64,000 nt of DNA from Macrostomum lignano (GCA_002269645.1 NIVC01002697.1:1-64000); one strand, 5' to 3'; shown: positions 16,501 through 28,189, numbered from the stretch's first letter. Notes: generated by a model not told the origin, from the letters alone. Translations and numbers: made by a program.

Positions 16501-18147
16501 AAAATCCGCCCCACTCCAATCCGGCTTCATCTTACAAAATCCGCCCCACCCCAATCCGGCTTCATCTTACAAAATCCGCCCCCTCCAAATCCGGCTTCAT
16601 CTTACAAAATCCGCCCCCTCCAAATCCGGCTTCATCTTACAAAATCCGCCCCCTCCAAATCCGGCTTCATCTTACAAAATCCGCCCCCTCCAAATCCGGC
16701 TTCATCTTACAAAATCCGCCCCCCAATCCGGCTTTATCCTACAAAATCCGCCCCCCAATCCGGCTTCATCTTACAAAATCCGCCTCCAATCCGGTTTTAT
16801 CCTACAAAATCCGCCCCCCAATCCGGCTACATCTTACAAAATCCGCCCCCTCAATCCGCCTTTATCTTACAAAATCCGCCCCCTCAATCCGACTATCTTA
16901 CAAAATCCGCCCCCTCAATCCGCCTTTATCTTACAAAATCCACCCCCAATCCGGCTTTATCCTACAAAATCCGCCCCCCAATCCGGCTTCATCTTACAAA
17001 GTCCACCCCCCTAATCCGGCTTTATCTTACAAAATCCGCCCCCCCAATCCGGCTACATCTTACAAAATCCGCCCCCCAATCCGGTTTTATCCTACAAAAT
17101 CCGCCCCCTCAATCCGACTGTCTTACAAAATCCGTTCCCTCAATCCGCCTTTATCTTACAAAATCCACCCCCCCAATCCGGCTTTATCCTACAAAATCCG
17201 CCCCCTCAATCCGACTATCTTACAAAATCCGCCCCCTCAATCCGCCTTTATCTTACAAAATCCACCCCCCCCAATCCGGCTTTATCCTACAAAATCCGCC
17301 CCCTCAATCCGACTATCTTACAAAATCCGCCCCCTCAATCCGCCTTTATCTTACAAAATCCACCCCCCAATCCGGCTTTATCCTACAAAATCCGCCCCCC
17401 AATCCGGCTTCATCTTACAAAGTCCGCCCCCCTAATCCGGCTTTATCTTACAAAATCCGCCCCCTCAATCCGACTATCTTACAAAATCCGCCCCCTCAAT
17501 CCGCCTTTATCTTACAAAATCCACCCCCCAATCCGGCTTTATCCTACAAAATCCGCCCCCCAATCCGGCTTCATCTTACAAAGTCCGCCCCCCCTAATCC
17601 GGCTTTATCTTACAAAATCCGCCCCCAATCCGGCTTCATCTTACAAAGTCCGCCCCTTCTTCCAGCTTAATTTTAGGAAATCCGCCCCTACTAAACTTCT
17701 CCCTACAAATATGCCGTCCTACTTCAATTTGAAAATTCAAATTGCATAATCAACAGCCCTGCAATTCCGCCGCTCCGCACACAGGCCTGCCAGCTGCTCC
17801 AGGCCAACAAGCAGACAGCGGAGGATGCTGTAACCATAGCAACCACAACGAACCTACTAGCGCCAGGGCAGGTGAAGAAGCTGCTAGAGATGTACAATTC
17901 GCACGATGACTTCGATCAAAAGGTGAGCGCGGACTTCATCGCCAGGGTGGAAGCTCGGATCAGGGAGCTCCACCAGCAGCGGCAGCAGCAGCAGCGCGAT
18001 CCCAAAGCTCTGTTCATCGACGTCAAGCAGATGCAGCCGATTCGGCTGGCATTCCAGCGCGACGCAACGCAGTTGAAGTCGGTGCCGATCCCACTGCGGC
18101 TGCTGGAGGACGCGGGCGGCGGCGGCGCCGGGGAAACGGAGGCGTGA
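4595..18147 (+). CDS. MYO5: Unconventional myosin class V, 3' portion. Exons 4595-5260, 7031-7436, 7953-8251, 9051-9479, 11285-11563, 12457-12834, 15547-15756, 17785-18147; motor exons lie upstream of the window
   Basis: End-of-motor motif YRCGKTRIFFRAGQVAYME, six IQ motifs, coiled coil, then globular tail/DIL motifs APYLIFCAVRW, LLRQYGG..RFDLEDF, FNQLMLRRELCHWSRGMQLRYCLSQLE, ACQLLQANKQTAEDA. All introns are GT-AG and phases join consistently (0,1,0,0,0,0,0). Confidence 0.95.
5272..6980. repeat. 21-bp minisatellite (GACAGGTCCTCATCTCTGTTA) filling a myosin intron, split by a hAT MITE
   Basis: Direct periodicity at 5272-5714 and 6575-6980. Confidence 0.95.
5715..6574. mobile_element. Non-autonomous hAT-type DNA transposon (860 bp)
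   Basis: TIRs CAGTGTTGGGCA / TGCCCAACACTG; perfect 8-bp TSD TCCTCAAC (5707-5714, 6575-6582); many subterminal GTAAC/GTTAC motifs; no ORF. Confidence 0.92.
7440..7775. repeat. About 48-bp degenerate tandem repeat (TTTCAGCCATCAAGCTGCTCTCCAATTGGCTGGAG...) starting at the exon donor
   Basis: Direct periodicity, about 6-7 copies. Confidence 0.85.
8255..8985. repeat. 40-bp minisatellite (ATCATAGCTGATCTCTGATTGGCTGGAAGTCTTTGCCTAT)
   Basis: Direct periodicity, about 18 copies. Confidence 0.93.
9510..11270. repeat. 20-bp minisatellite (CACATCCTCAAACACTTTGT family) with a 280-bp higher-order repeat in its 3' half
   Basis: The identical block ACATCCTAGGACACCCTGTGATATCC recurs at 280-bp spacing (spurious ORF stops at 10452, 10732, 11012). 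Confidence 0.93.
11769..12347. mobile_element. Degenerate copy of the P-like MITE family, carrying an internal about 60-bp tandem repeat (11990-12200)
   Basis: Left end CATAGATGCAAAAATAACTAGATTTGTCACTTGCA resembles the reverse complement of the right end (TATAGATACTAGAATAACCTAGATATGCCACTTGCA). No matching TSD. Confidence 0.6.
14180..14921. repeat. 52-bp minisatellite (TTCATTGGTTGATGCTGGGGTCGTGTCCTCAGCTTTTGCTAGTTGGAGCGCT), nearly homogeneous
   Basis: Direct periodicity, about 14 copies. Confidence 0.95.
15763..17660. repeat. Compound array: 45-bp unit (15763-16080) grading into a 33-37-bp unit (TACAAAATCCGCCCCC..AATCCGGCTTCATCT)
   Basis: Direct periodicity; both units share the core ACAAAATCCGCCC. 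Confidence 0.93.
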
Positions 18148-18325
18148 AGACCCACAGGCGAACGCGTTGTCAGGCAATGCGAAATGCCTGTGTAGGGTGC
18201 AGTAGGGTGGCTCATATTTTGCAAAGGTTTCAATTTTAAATCGGTTGGCCCTTCTATTTTTATTCCCAACTAATACAGCGAACCACTTCAATGTCCTATA
18301 GTGCAAATTGCGCTTGTAATGAAGA

Positions 18326-18592
18326 GGGGGCTGTAGCCTAGTGGGTAGAGCGTCGGACTCGCGACTGGAAGGTCGGGGGTTGGATTCTCGACCCACTTGG
18401 AATAATTTGTGGCCTTGAGCAAGACAGTTAACTTCGCATTGCTTCATTTCACCCAGCTGGTTTGATTGAGGGTGTGCGTGGCGACCCCCCAGTCCTTGGA
18501 CTGAACAGCCGTACGCAGCCTTCAGATGCGCCGCGCAATAGCTGCGGCTGAGCTGTCGGTTGCACATCTGCTGTGAAATCAATTATTATTAA
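18326..18592 (+). mobile_element. tRNA-derived SINE with a CORE(MIR)-like central domain and an (ATT)n-like tail
   Basis: tRNA-like head GGGGCTGTAGCCTAGTGGGTAGAGC (A box) ... GGTTGGATTCT (degenerate B box) with a poorly paired anticodon stem. It is followed at 18409-18460 by GTGGCCTTGAGCAAGACAGTTAACTTCGCATTGCTTCATTTCACCCAGCTG and ends in AATTATTATTAATT. Confidence 0.75.
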
Positions 18593-18759
18593 TTACGATC
18601 AAAATTGTCCACAGACACACAGACAGACAGAGTTTTGATTTTTATATGTAGAGATAATTAAGCTCACAAGAAGATATGATGCTAAAAGTCTTAATTTATT
18701 CTATACATTAGTAGTCAGTACACAGCAGTGAGATATTGGAATGTTAAAGGGGGGCTGAC

Positions 18760-19190
18760 CACAGATACTAAAATAACTGAATGGGCCACTCAGACACAAA
18801 TACTTAGCAAAATAGCTTTCTACTTTCAGTTCAGTAGCAAAGAAGAAAACATAAGCTATTTTATAAAAATAAAGCCAGCTGAAATGACTTTGATAAGTTT
18901 AGAAGCCAAAGCTTGCTAATTGGTTCAGCCATAATGTACATTGGCCACTGAAATGTGCAAGGCAGATTTAGGCTGGAATTACCGAAGAAAGGCAATAAAA
19001 TTGGGCGGCGGGGCGGGGGTAGAAGTTCTGCATGGAGTTTGAGGGTTTAAGCTTGAGAGTAAAGAGCCAATAAATGAGCCTTGTCTTTAAAAAATACATT
19101 AAAATGCTTTAGTTTAAACTTACTACTGAACTGAAAGTAGCTGGCACGCAAATGTGCTGAGTGGTCTATCTAGTTATTCTAGTATCTGTG
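18760..19190. mobile_element. MITE with long imperfect TIRs and 8-bp TSD (P-superfamily-like), 431 bp
   Basis: TIR CACAGATACTA(A/G)AATAACT at both ends, with similarity extending about 70 bp. Perfect TSD GGGCTGAC (18752-18759, 19191-19198). Confidence 0.85.
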
Positions 19191-20454
19191 GGGCTGACCG
19201 ATTTTGGAACTCAAACCTTTGCAAAATATGAGCCACCGTAAGTGTGCAGGATTGCTTGACCTGTCATCTGCTCTCAGAATGAGTCATAAAAAATTTTATT
19301 CTTATCAATCAGTTAATTTTTACGCACACATTGGACTGCAACACGGCGCCTTTGATTGCAACAAAAAATTAATTAGTTTATATTTTTGCGTCAAATGATC
19401 AATGCCTTCCCATTGCCAAGTATTTATTCGCCTTTTTGTACTTTTATTGTTTTAATTGGGCTTGTTTAGTTTTGTACTTTGATTAGAAATCTTCTGATGT
19501 ATTTGCGTGTATTTCGAAACGACTGAATAGCAAATGTATAAGCCTTTCTCTACACTATATTGTTGAACATAAATTTACTATGCACTAACGAATATATCAA
19601 ATAATTCATTTATCTATCAGATCAATATGTTTTCATTGTGCTGGACACACGCAATGGCACCTGCTAAGGAGTATCAGTCAGTTATCTGACAGCTTCGGTG
19701 CAATTATAATTGCTTACAACTCCTGCTAAATTAGCATAGCAATTAAGATCAGTTTTTAAAATGTTAATCAATTTGTTTAAATGCGCACAGACCATTGCCG
19801 CACAGACCAATAAAACAAACTCATTGACACAATATGACGCATAAAATTTCTCGCGGGCCAACCAATTTCTATAATTGATTTTTATCAGTTTACTTTTTCA
19901 ACTTGCAAGTCCGACATTCCATGTTTATATTTGTGATTTTGTTCTGATTTTTTTGTTTTCAAATTTCATATCGGAAAATTTTAATCGGTTGCTGAATTCA
20001 AGCGCGATTTTTTGTGCATCGTGAACTTTCCTGCAATATTAATTGCGATTTCAATTGGAGTTCCATTGGCGTGTTGACACGGAAAAAATCGAAATAAAAA
20101 GTATAAAGTTATTGATTTGATCTCTTTTGAATTACACTCTTTGGAACGGGCCGGGCTGATTTATTTGGTGCTTCAAAAGGGGTATGCTGTTCGACAAAAA
20201 TTATAATCATTTCATTCACCATGGAAATTTAAAACCGAAAAATACATCGAAGAGATAAGATATTAAATCATTAGTGTTGTTTAAAAATCATCACTTGGAA
20301 AGATGCGATATGATAATTAATAAATTAAATTACATATGCGATACACATGACTGTACATCAATCGACTCGAGTATTTAAAAAATGGCATTCCTGATTCTCA
20401 TTAAATAATTATGATATAAATATGATATCTTTCACACGACTACAAAGTGAACAT

Positions 20455-20875
20455 AACGGCTGACTCAACTCTGATTGGCTGTAATATCTCACCTGTCTCA
20501 CTTTGTGCTCTGATTGGCTGTAATATCTCACCTGTCTCACTCTGTGCTCTGATTGGCTGGGATATATCACCTGTCTCACTCTGTGCTCTGATTGGCTGGG
20601 ATAAATCACCTGTCTCACTCTGTGCTCTGATTGGCTAGATATCTCACCTGTCTCACTCTGTGCTCTGATTGGCTGGGATATCTTACCTGTTTCACTCTAT
20701 GCTCTGATTGGCTAGGATATGTCACCTGTCTCACCTGTGCTCTGATTGGCTGGGATATCTTTTTTTCTGTTTCACTCTGCTCTGATTGGCTATCGTACCT
20801 CCTGTTTCACCCTGGTCTCTGATTGGCTGGAAGCTTTTTATCTCACTCTACTTTTTGATTGGCTGGGATCTCTTG
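20455..20875. repeat. About 39-bp minisatellite (CTCTGATTGGCTGGGATATCTCACCTGTCTCACTCTGTG) just beyond the FAM78 stop
   Basis: Direct periodicity, about 10 copies. Confidence 0.9.
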
Positions 20876-20939
20876 GGGTCTCTCCTCTCTGATTAAGGAG
20901 AGAAAACTCCTTAGGTCAATCAATCAATCAGTCAGTACA

Positions 20940-23900
20940 TCAGCCCCCGCTTCTACTGTCCTCTGTGCGGCCAGAGTCACCCGGCCTCCTGGCGGGTATC
21001 AGCAGCACGTCAGTCGCAGAAATCTTTGATGCGGCCCGCCAAACCAGCTGCTGGGCGTCGTTGCAGGTGACTCCTGTGACAGCCTGCAGCGGCAGGTTGG
21101 CAGCCTCATCCTCGCGACTGTCTGCCGGGCCAGCCGTCACCGACCGCCTGACTGACACCAGCCTGCGCCCGACGGGCCTGGCACAGTCGAATTTCGCTAG
21201 CATTTCAAACTGCCAGTCGGCTGCGCAGACAGAGCCTCGACTGTCGGTTAGAACTCGAAAGTCAGTTGGCTGCTGCTGCTGCTGCTGCTGCTGCTTCTGC
21301 TGCAGCTCCAGGATTTGTCGTGGCGAATGCGGAGTGGCCACAAGCCAAATGCGAAAGCTCTGCTGCCGGATGATCTCACAGAGACTGGGGATGATGCGGT
21401 TGGTTTAGGGTGAGCTGGAGTGAGCTATACTTGTTTGCGTCAGGGAGATAGGGAGTGAGGGATATGAGATGAGGGATAGGGGATGAGTGAGGGATAGGGG
21501 ATGAGTGAGGGATAGAGAATGAGTGAGGGATAGAGGATGAGAGAGGGATAGAGGATGAGTGAGGGATAGAGGATGAGTGAGGGATAGGGGATGAGAGAGG
21601 GATAGAGGATGAGTGAGGGATAGAGAATGAGTGAGGGATAGAGGATGAGTGAGGGATAGGTGATGAGAGAGGGATAGAGAATGAGTGAGGGATAGAGGAT
21701 GAGTGAGGGATAGGGGATGAGTGAGGGATAGGGGATGAGAGAGGGATAGAGAATGAGTGAGGGATAGAGGATGAGTGAGGGATAGGGGATGAGTGAGTGA
21801 TAGGGGATGAGAGAGGGATAGGGGATGAGAGAGGGATAGGGGATGAGTGAGGGATAGAGAATGAGTGAGGGATAGAGGATGAGTGAGGGATAGGTGATGA
21901 GAGAGGGATAGAGAATGAGTGAGGGATAGAGGATGAGTGAGGGATAGGGGATGAGTGAGGGATAGGGGATGAGAGAGGGATAGAGAATGAGTGAGGGATA
22001 GAGGATGAGTGAGGGATAGGGGATGAGTGAGGGATAGAGGATGAGTGAGGGATAGGGGATGAGAGAGGGATAGAGAATGAGTGAGGGATAGAGGATGAGT
22101 GAGGGATAGGGGATGAGTGAGGGATAGAGGATGAGTGAGGGATAGGGGATGAGAGAGGGATAGAGAATGAGTGAGGGATAGAGGATGAGTGAGGGATAGG
22201 GGATGAGTGAGGGATAGAGGATGAGTGAGGGATAGGGGGTGAGTGAGGGATAGGGGATGAGAGAGGGATAGAGAATGAGTGAGGGATAGAGGATGAGTGA
22301 GGGATAGGGGATGAGTGAGGGATAGGGGATGAGAGAGGGATAGGGGATGAGAGAGGGATAGAGGATGAGAGAGGGATAGGAATGAGGAGGTGAGAAAGAT
22401 AGAGATGAGATACTCATAGATTAGAGAGACAGGGAGAGAGATTAGAGAGACAGGGAGAGAGATTAGAGAGACAGGGAGAGAGATTAGAGAGACAGGGAGA
22501 GAGATTAGAGAGACAGGGAGAGAGATTAGAGAGACAGGGAGAGAGATTAGAGAGACAGGGAGAGAGATTAGAGTCCCGCCGTGTCGCACCTGTCCTTGGC
22601 GCAGGTGAGCCGCCAGCTCACGGTGGGGTGAAAGGAGTCCAGCAGGCTGAGCAGGATTCGCTGGCGCGGCAGCCGCTGGCCCCTGGCCGCCCCGGCAACG
22701 GAGTAGCGGCCATAGAACGGGAAATGGGTGCCGTCGCTGTCGCTCAACCAACGTCGGGCGCCGCTGGCCAGCTCAGGGAACACCCAGTGCGCGCTGCCCG
22801 ACCTGCCGTAGCGGTGCTCGATCCGCGACTGCCGACAGGCCTGCGGTGCCAGGCGGGAATGGAAGAATCAAGTCACTGAACTACCGGTGCCTGTCCCTGA
22901 ACTACCGGTGCCTGTCCCTGAACTACTGGTGCCTGTCCCTGAACTACCGGTGCCTGTCCCTGAACTACCGGTGCCTGTCCCTGAACTACCAGTGCCTGAA
23001 GTGCCTGTCCCTGAACTACTCGTCCCTGAAGTACCCCGTCCCTGAAGTACCCGTCCCTGAACTATCCGTCCCTGAAGTACCCGTCCCTGAAGTACCCGTC
23101 CCTGAAGTACCCGTCCCTGAACTATCCGTCCCTGAACTACTCGTACCCGTCCCTGAAGTACCCGTCTCTGAAGTACCCGTCCCTGAAGTACCCGTCCCTG
23201 AAGTACCCGTCCCTGAAGTACCCGTCCCTGAACTATCCGTCCCTGAACTACTCGTACCCGTCCCTGAAGTACCCGTCTCTGAAGTACCCGTCCCTGAAGT
23301 ACCCGTCCCTGAACTATCCGCCCTGAAGTACCCGTCCCTGAAGTACCCGTCCCTGAAGTACCCGTCCCTGAAGTACCCGTCCCTGAACTATCCGTCCCTG
23401 AACTACCCGTCCCTGAAGTACCCGTCTCTGAAGTACCCGTCCCTGAAGTACCCGTCCCTGAACTACCCGTCCCTGAACTACCCGTCCCTGAACTACCCGT
23501 CCCTGAACTACCCGTCCCTGAACTACCCGTCCCTGAACTAGCCGTCCCTGAACTACCTTCCGTGAACTACCCCCGAACTACCCGTCCCTGAACTACCCGT
23601 CCCTGAACTACCCCCGAACTACCCGTCCCTGAACTACCCGTCCCTGAACTACCCGTCCCTGAAGTGCCTGTTCCTAAACTACTCGTACCTGAAGTACCCT
23701 GTCCCTGAACTACCTGTAATAACTGTACCTAAAAGCCACTCTACAATCCTGTCCGAACTCCTGACTGTCATCCTCAGTCAAAAACTCAATTATAAACCCG
23801 GAAAATACACAGCGAACTCGCCTGCACCAAGCCGAAGCTCCACCCGGCGGCTGTCAGCTCCCGAAGGCCGCTGTTCAGCACTTCTAAACTGGCCGTGCAC

Positions 23901-26900
23901 TGGGCCGCCTCGCTGTGATACACCAGACAGTCGCGGCTCTCCACAACCCGGAGGCCGTCCGGCTCCTTGGACTCGGCCCGCCTCTCAGCGCCGTCGTCTC
24001 CTTCGAAGTTGCTGCTTAAGTTGGATGCCGCGGTGCAGCTGAAGTCCGTCACACGGACTAAAGAGCTGATCTCTGCAAGCACGACAGGTGGGATACAGCA
24101 GACTGGCTTGCTAATCCAGCCAATGAGGATACAGCAGACTGGCTTGCTAATCCAGCCAATGAGGATGCGGAATAGAATGGATTGCTAATCTAGCCCACAA
24201 GGATGCAGGAATAGAATGGATTGCTAATCTAGCCCACAAGGATGCAGGAATAGAATGGATTGCTAATCTAGCCCACAAGGATGCACGAATACTCGTAGAA
24301 TGGATTGCTAATCTAGCCAATGAGGATGCAGGAATAGAATGGATTGCTAATCTAGCCCACAAGGATGCAGTAGAATGGATTGCTAATCTACTCGTAGCCA
24401 GGATAACCTAAAAACGGCATGGCCCAGCATAATTGCGCTAAAAAAGCTTTCCCAACCTTTGTCAAAAGCTGGATTATCCCATTGTATGACGGAGGCGGAT
24501 CCAAATTTGCACCTGACGACAGTCGTTAAGGCGACCGCCTTATTTAAACTGGTTGCCACGCGCAGCCCGATGGCAGCAAACGCATGCAGCAATGTTTGAT
24601 GAGCAAAATTGTCTTATTGCTACTTAATGTCTGCAATGCTGGCCTGTACCATCATGACTTCTTCAGTCTCCTCAATGCGACTCCATAGACTTACGCTACG
24701 CTCAATTATCACGAATCACCCACCTCACTCCCCTACTAAATCACCCACCTCACTCCCCTACTAAATCACCCACCTCACTCCCCTACTAAATCACCCACCT
24801 CACTCCCCTACTAAATCACCCACCTCACTCCCCTACTAAATCACCCACCTCACTCCCCTACTAAATCACCCACCTCACTCCCTACTAAATCACCCACCTC
24901 ACTCCCCTACTAAATCACCCACCTCACTCCCCTACTAAATCACCCACCTCACTCCCCTACTAAATCACCCACCTCACTCCCCTACTAAATCACCCACCTC
25001 ACTCCCCTACTAAATCACCCACCTCACTCCCCTACTAAATCACCCACCTCACTCCCCTACTAAATCACCCACCTCACTCCCCTACTAAATCACCCACCTC
25101 ACTCACCTACTAAATCACCCACCTCACTCCCCTACTAAATCAGCCACCTCACTCCCCTACTAAATCAGCCACCTCACTCCCCTACTAAATCACCCACCTC
25201 ACTCCCCTACTAAATCACCCACCTCACTCCCCAACTAAATCACCCACCTCTTTCCCCGACTAAATTACCAACCTCACTCTCCCCTCACTAAGTCACCCAC
25301 CTCACTCAATCACCGAAAAAATACCTTGCCGAAATGAGGAAGTCAAAGAAACAACGACCAAAAAGCATATGAGTAGTGTAGGACGCGAAAATTAAATTTA
25401 TGCAGCATTGCAATCGAATTTAGCCAACTATCTGTATTGTATAGTGTATAAATATAAAACTTTGTTTACAAACCCCACAAAAAAAACAAATATAGAGAAA
25501 AAAATAATTTGAGAAATATTCGACAGAACTTAAAAGATACAACAGGCCCTATACACACTAATTAAATAGAGCATATATGCAGCAGCTTTATACAGCTGTG
25601 TAGTATTATATATATACACATAACATTAATTTCTACTTTAGCCAAAAAACACAGAGATATGACAGGTACAAAACAGGCAAAGATAAAGGCGAATGCTCTT
25701 GATGTGGATTTTGCAAATTGAGGCTTTATGAGACTTAATATATTTATGTTAGCATTGCGCAGTTGAGCAAATCGTACGAAGCTACAACTGACCATTATTG
25801 GACCAAATAATATCCGCATGTAAATAGGCATAGGGAATTGCTGATTAAGAATTTGCTTCTGCGTAATAAAAGCAAAGACCGCAACAAGCAGACCGGATAA
25901 AACGTTATCCGACAGACACAAAGACACACTGACAGACACAAAGACACACTGACAGACACAAAGACACACTGACAGACACAAAGACACACTGACAGACACA
26001 AAGACACACTGACAGACACAAAGACACACTGACAGACACAAAGACACACTGACAGACACAAAGACACACTGACAGACACAAAGACACACTGACAGACACA
26101 AAGACACACTGACAGACACAAAGACACACTGACAGACACAAAGACACACTGACAGACACAAAGACACACTGACAGACACAAAGACACACTGACAGACACA
26201 GACACACTGACAGACACAAAGACACACTGACAGACACAAAGACACACTAGCAGACACAAAGACACACTGACAGACACAAAGACACACTGACAGACACAAA
26301 GACACACTGACAGACACAGACACACTGACAGACACAAAGACACACTGACAGACACAAAGACACACTAGCAGACACAAAGACACACTGACAGACACAAAGA
26401 CACACTGACAGACACAAAGACACACTGACAGACACAGACACACTGACAGACACAAAGACACACTGACAGACACAAAGACACACTAGCAGACACAAAGACA
26501 CACTGACAGACACAAAGACACACTGACAGACACAAAGACACACTGACAGACACAGACACACTGACAGACACAAAGACACACTGACAGACACAAAGACACA
26601 CTGACAGACACAGACACACTGACAGACACAAAGACACACTGACAGACACAAAGACGCACTGACAGACACAAAGACGCACTGACAGACACACAGACAAACT
26701 GACAGACACAAAGACACACTAGCAGACACAAAGACACACTGACAGACACAGACAAACTGACAGACACAAAGACACACTGACAGACACAAAGACGCACTGA
26801 CAGACACAGACACACTGACAGACACAAAGACATACTGACGGACACAAAGACACACTAGCAGACACAAAGACACACTGACAGACACAAAGACACACTGACA

Positions 26901-27221
26901 AACACAGACACACTGATAGACACAAAGACGGACAGACACAGACACACTGACAGACACAAAGACACACTGACAAACACAGACACACTGATAGACACAAAGA
27001 CGGACAGACACAGACACACTGACAGACACAAAGACACACTGACAAACACAGACACACTGATAGACACAAAGACGGACAGACACAGACACACTGACAGACA
27101 CAAAGACACACTGACAAACACAGACACACTGATAGACACAAAGACGGACAGACACAGACACACTGACAGACACAAAGACACTGACACCAGGTTGACAAAG
27201 CAGACACCCTGAATTATCCAT
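20940..27221 (-). CDS. FAM78: FAM78-family protein (about 326 aa). Exons 27221-27188 (tentative first exon), 24072-23822, 22840-22590, 21384-20940
   Basis: The spliced product contains GWSFGLVQ|[56 protein letters not shown] and [10 protein letters not shown]. These match recalled FAM78A/B blocks GWIQAC, WELPDL..ISDSDG.SYPWYG, VSMNDNFYPSVTW, IKRDQSFTTWLVA and NANDAQVLMWR. Phases 1/0/2 join. The first exon ([11 protein letters not shown]) is inferred only from phase. Confidence 0.85.
21450..22572. repeat. Purine-rich 18-bp minisatellite (GAGTGAGGGATAGAGGAT, 21450-22410) followed by a 21-bp unit (GAGAGATTAGAGAGACAGGGA), filling FAM78 intron 3
   Basis: Direct periodicity. Confidence 0.95.
22875..23715. 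repeat. 15-bp/21-bp minisatellite (GTCCCTGAAGTACCC; TGCCTGTCCCTGAACTACCGG) filling FAM78 intron 2
   Basis: Direct periodicity. Confidence 0.93.
24090..24390. repeat. Short CCAAT-containing duplication followed by a 39-bp minisatellite (GGATTGCTAATCTAGCCCACAAGGATGCAGGAATAGAAT)
   Basis: Direct periodicity; same family as 47658-48024. Confidence 0.9.
24717..25305. repeat. 25-bp minisatellite (CACCCACCTCACTCCCCTACTAAAT)
   Basis: Direct periodicity, about 23 copies; G-rich on the minus strand. Confidence 0.95.
25910..27187. repeat. 20-bp CA-rich minisatellite (GACAGACACAAAGACACACT) with 18-bp variants
   Basis: Direct periodicity. Confidence 0.95.
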
Positions 27222-27837
27222 TTGAAAAAATCTCATTGCTTTGTAAAAAGCAAGCAGTTGTAGCATAGAAAATGTTTTTACAGGAATTACTCGGTCAGGT
27301 AAATATACAAATATATTAGTCATAAACATATACCCGAATTCCGCTTGTTAACCTTGCGAGAAAATATGAATAAATGAAAAAATCCAATTTCAACGGTTTA
27401 TAAGCATGATATTGCGGATACATTGTAGACACAACAAGGATGGATCAACTAGATGGGCTAATCAGAACGCAGGTGATAATATAGACAAATACGAAGCGTA
27501 AGACTCAATCCAACCATTATCGCTGTTCAATATGCAATATAATTTTAACTCGCACTTTATTTAATCAACGCACAACGCACACACTACTAATAGTAAACAT
27601 CGAAAAGATGCAAATCAAGCAAAAAATTGCTACACTTAATTACAAATTGCACAAATAATAACAACAGACCTCAGTGGCTTACAAATTTGTTCGTAATTAG
27701 GCTGAAAAAGAATCGTTTCCTTGGACTTCCCAGCCGCAGACCAGATCCAAATCTTTTATTGCAACAAAATTTTCTAAGCACAAAGCAAGTGCAACTCTGC
27801 TTGGGAGTTAAGAGGATAGCGGCTGTAAGACAAGGGT

Positions 27838-28126
27838 AAGGATCTGGGAGGCTGGCCCAGCAACTGAGGATCTGGGAGACTGGCCCAGCAACTGAGGATC
27901 TGGGAGGCTGGCCCAGCAACTGAGGATCTGGGAGGCTGGCCCAGCAACTGAGGATCTAGGAGGCTGGCCCAGCAACTGAGGATCTGGGAGGCTGGCCCAG
28001 AAACTGAGGATCTGGGAGACTGGCCCAGCAACTGAGGATCTGGGAGGCTGGCCCAGCAACTGAGGATCTGGGAGGCTGGCCCAGCAACTGAGGATCTGGG
28101 AGGCTGGCCCAGCAACTGAGGATCTA
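27838..28126. repeat. 28-bp minisatellite (GAGGATCTGGGAGGCTGGCCCAGCAACT) about 65 bp beyond the RNF19 stop
   Basis: Direct periodicity, about 10 copies; same family at 31790-31925. Confidence 0.93.
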
Positions 28127-28189
28127 TTCGGTAAATCACATGCATTAGATCGCACTATCAATTCAGATTATTCAGTCCCGGACTCCAGC

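Noticed and set aside
18326-18400. Functional tRNA gene
   Set aside because: The anticodon and T stems pair poorly, the B box is degenerate, and the sequence continues into a SINE core rather than a poly-T terminator.
3763-27329. Repeat-derived ORFs ([37 protein letters not shown], etc.)
   Set aside because: They are translations of intronic minisatellites with frame-shifting unit-length variants; several just extend real exons into the intron.
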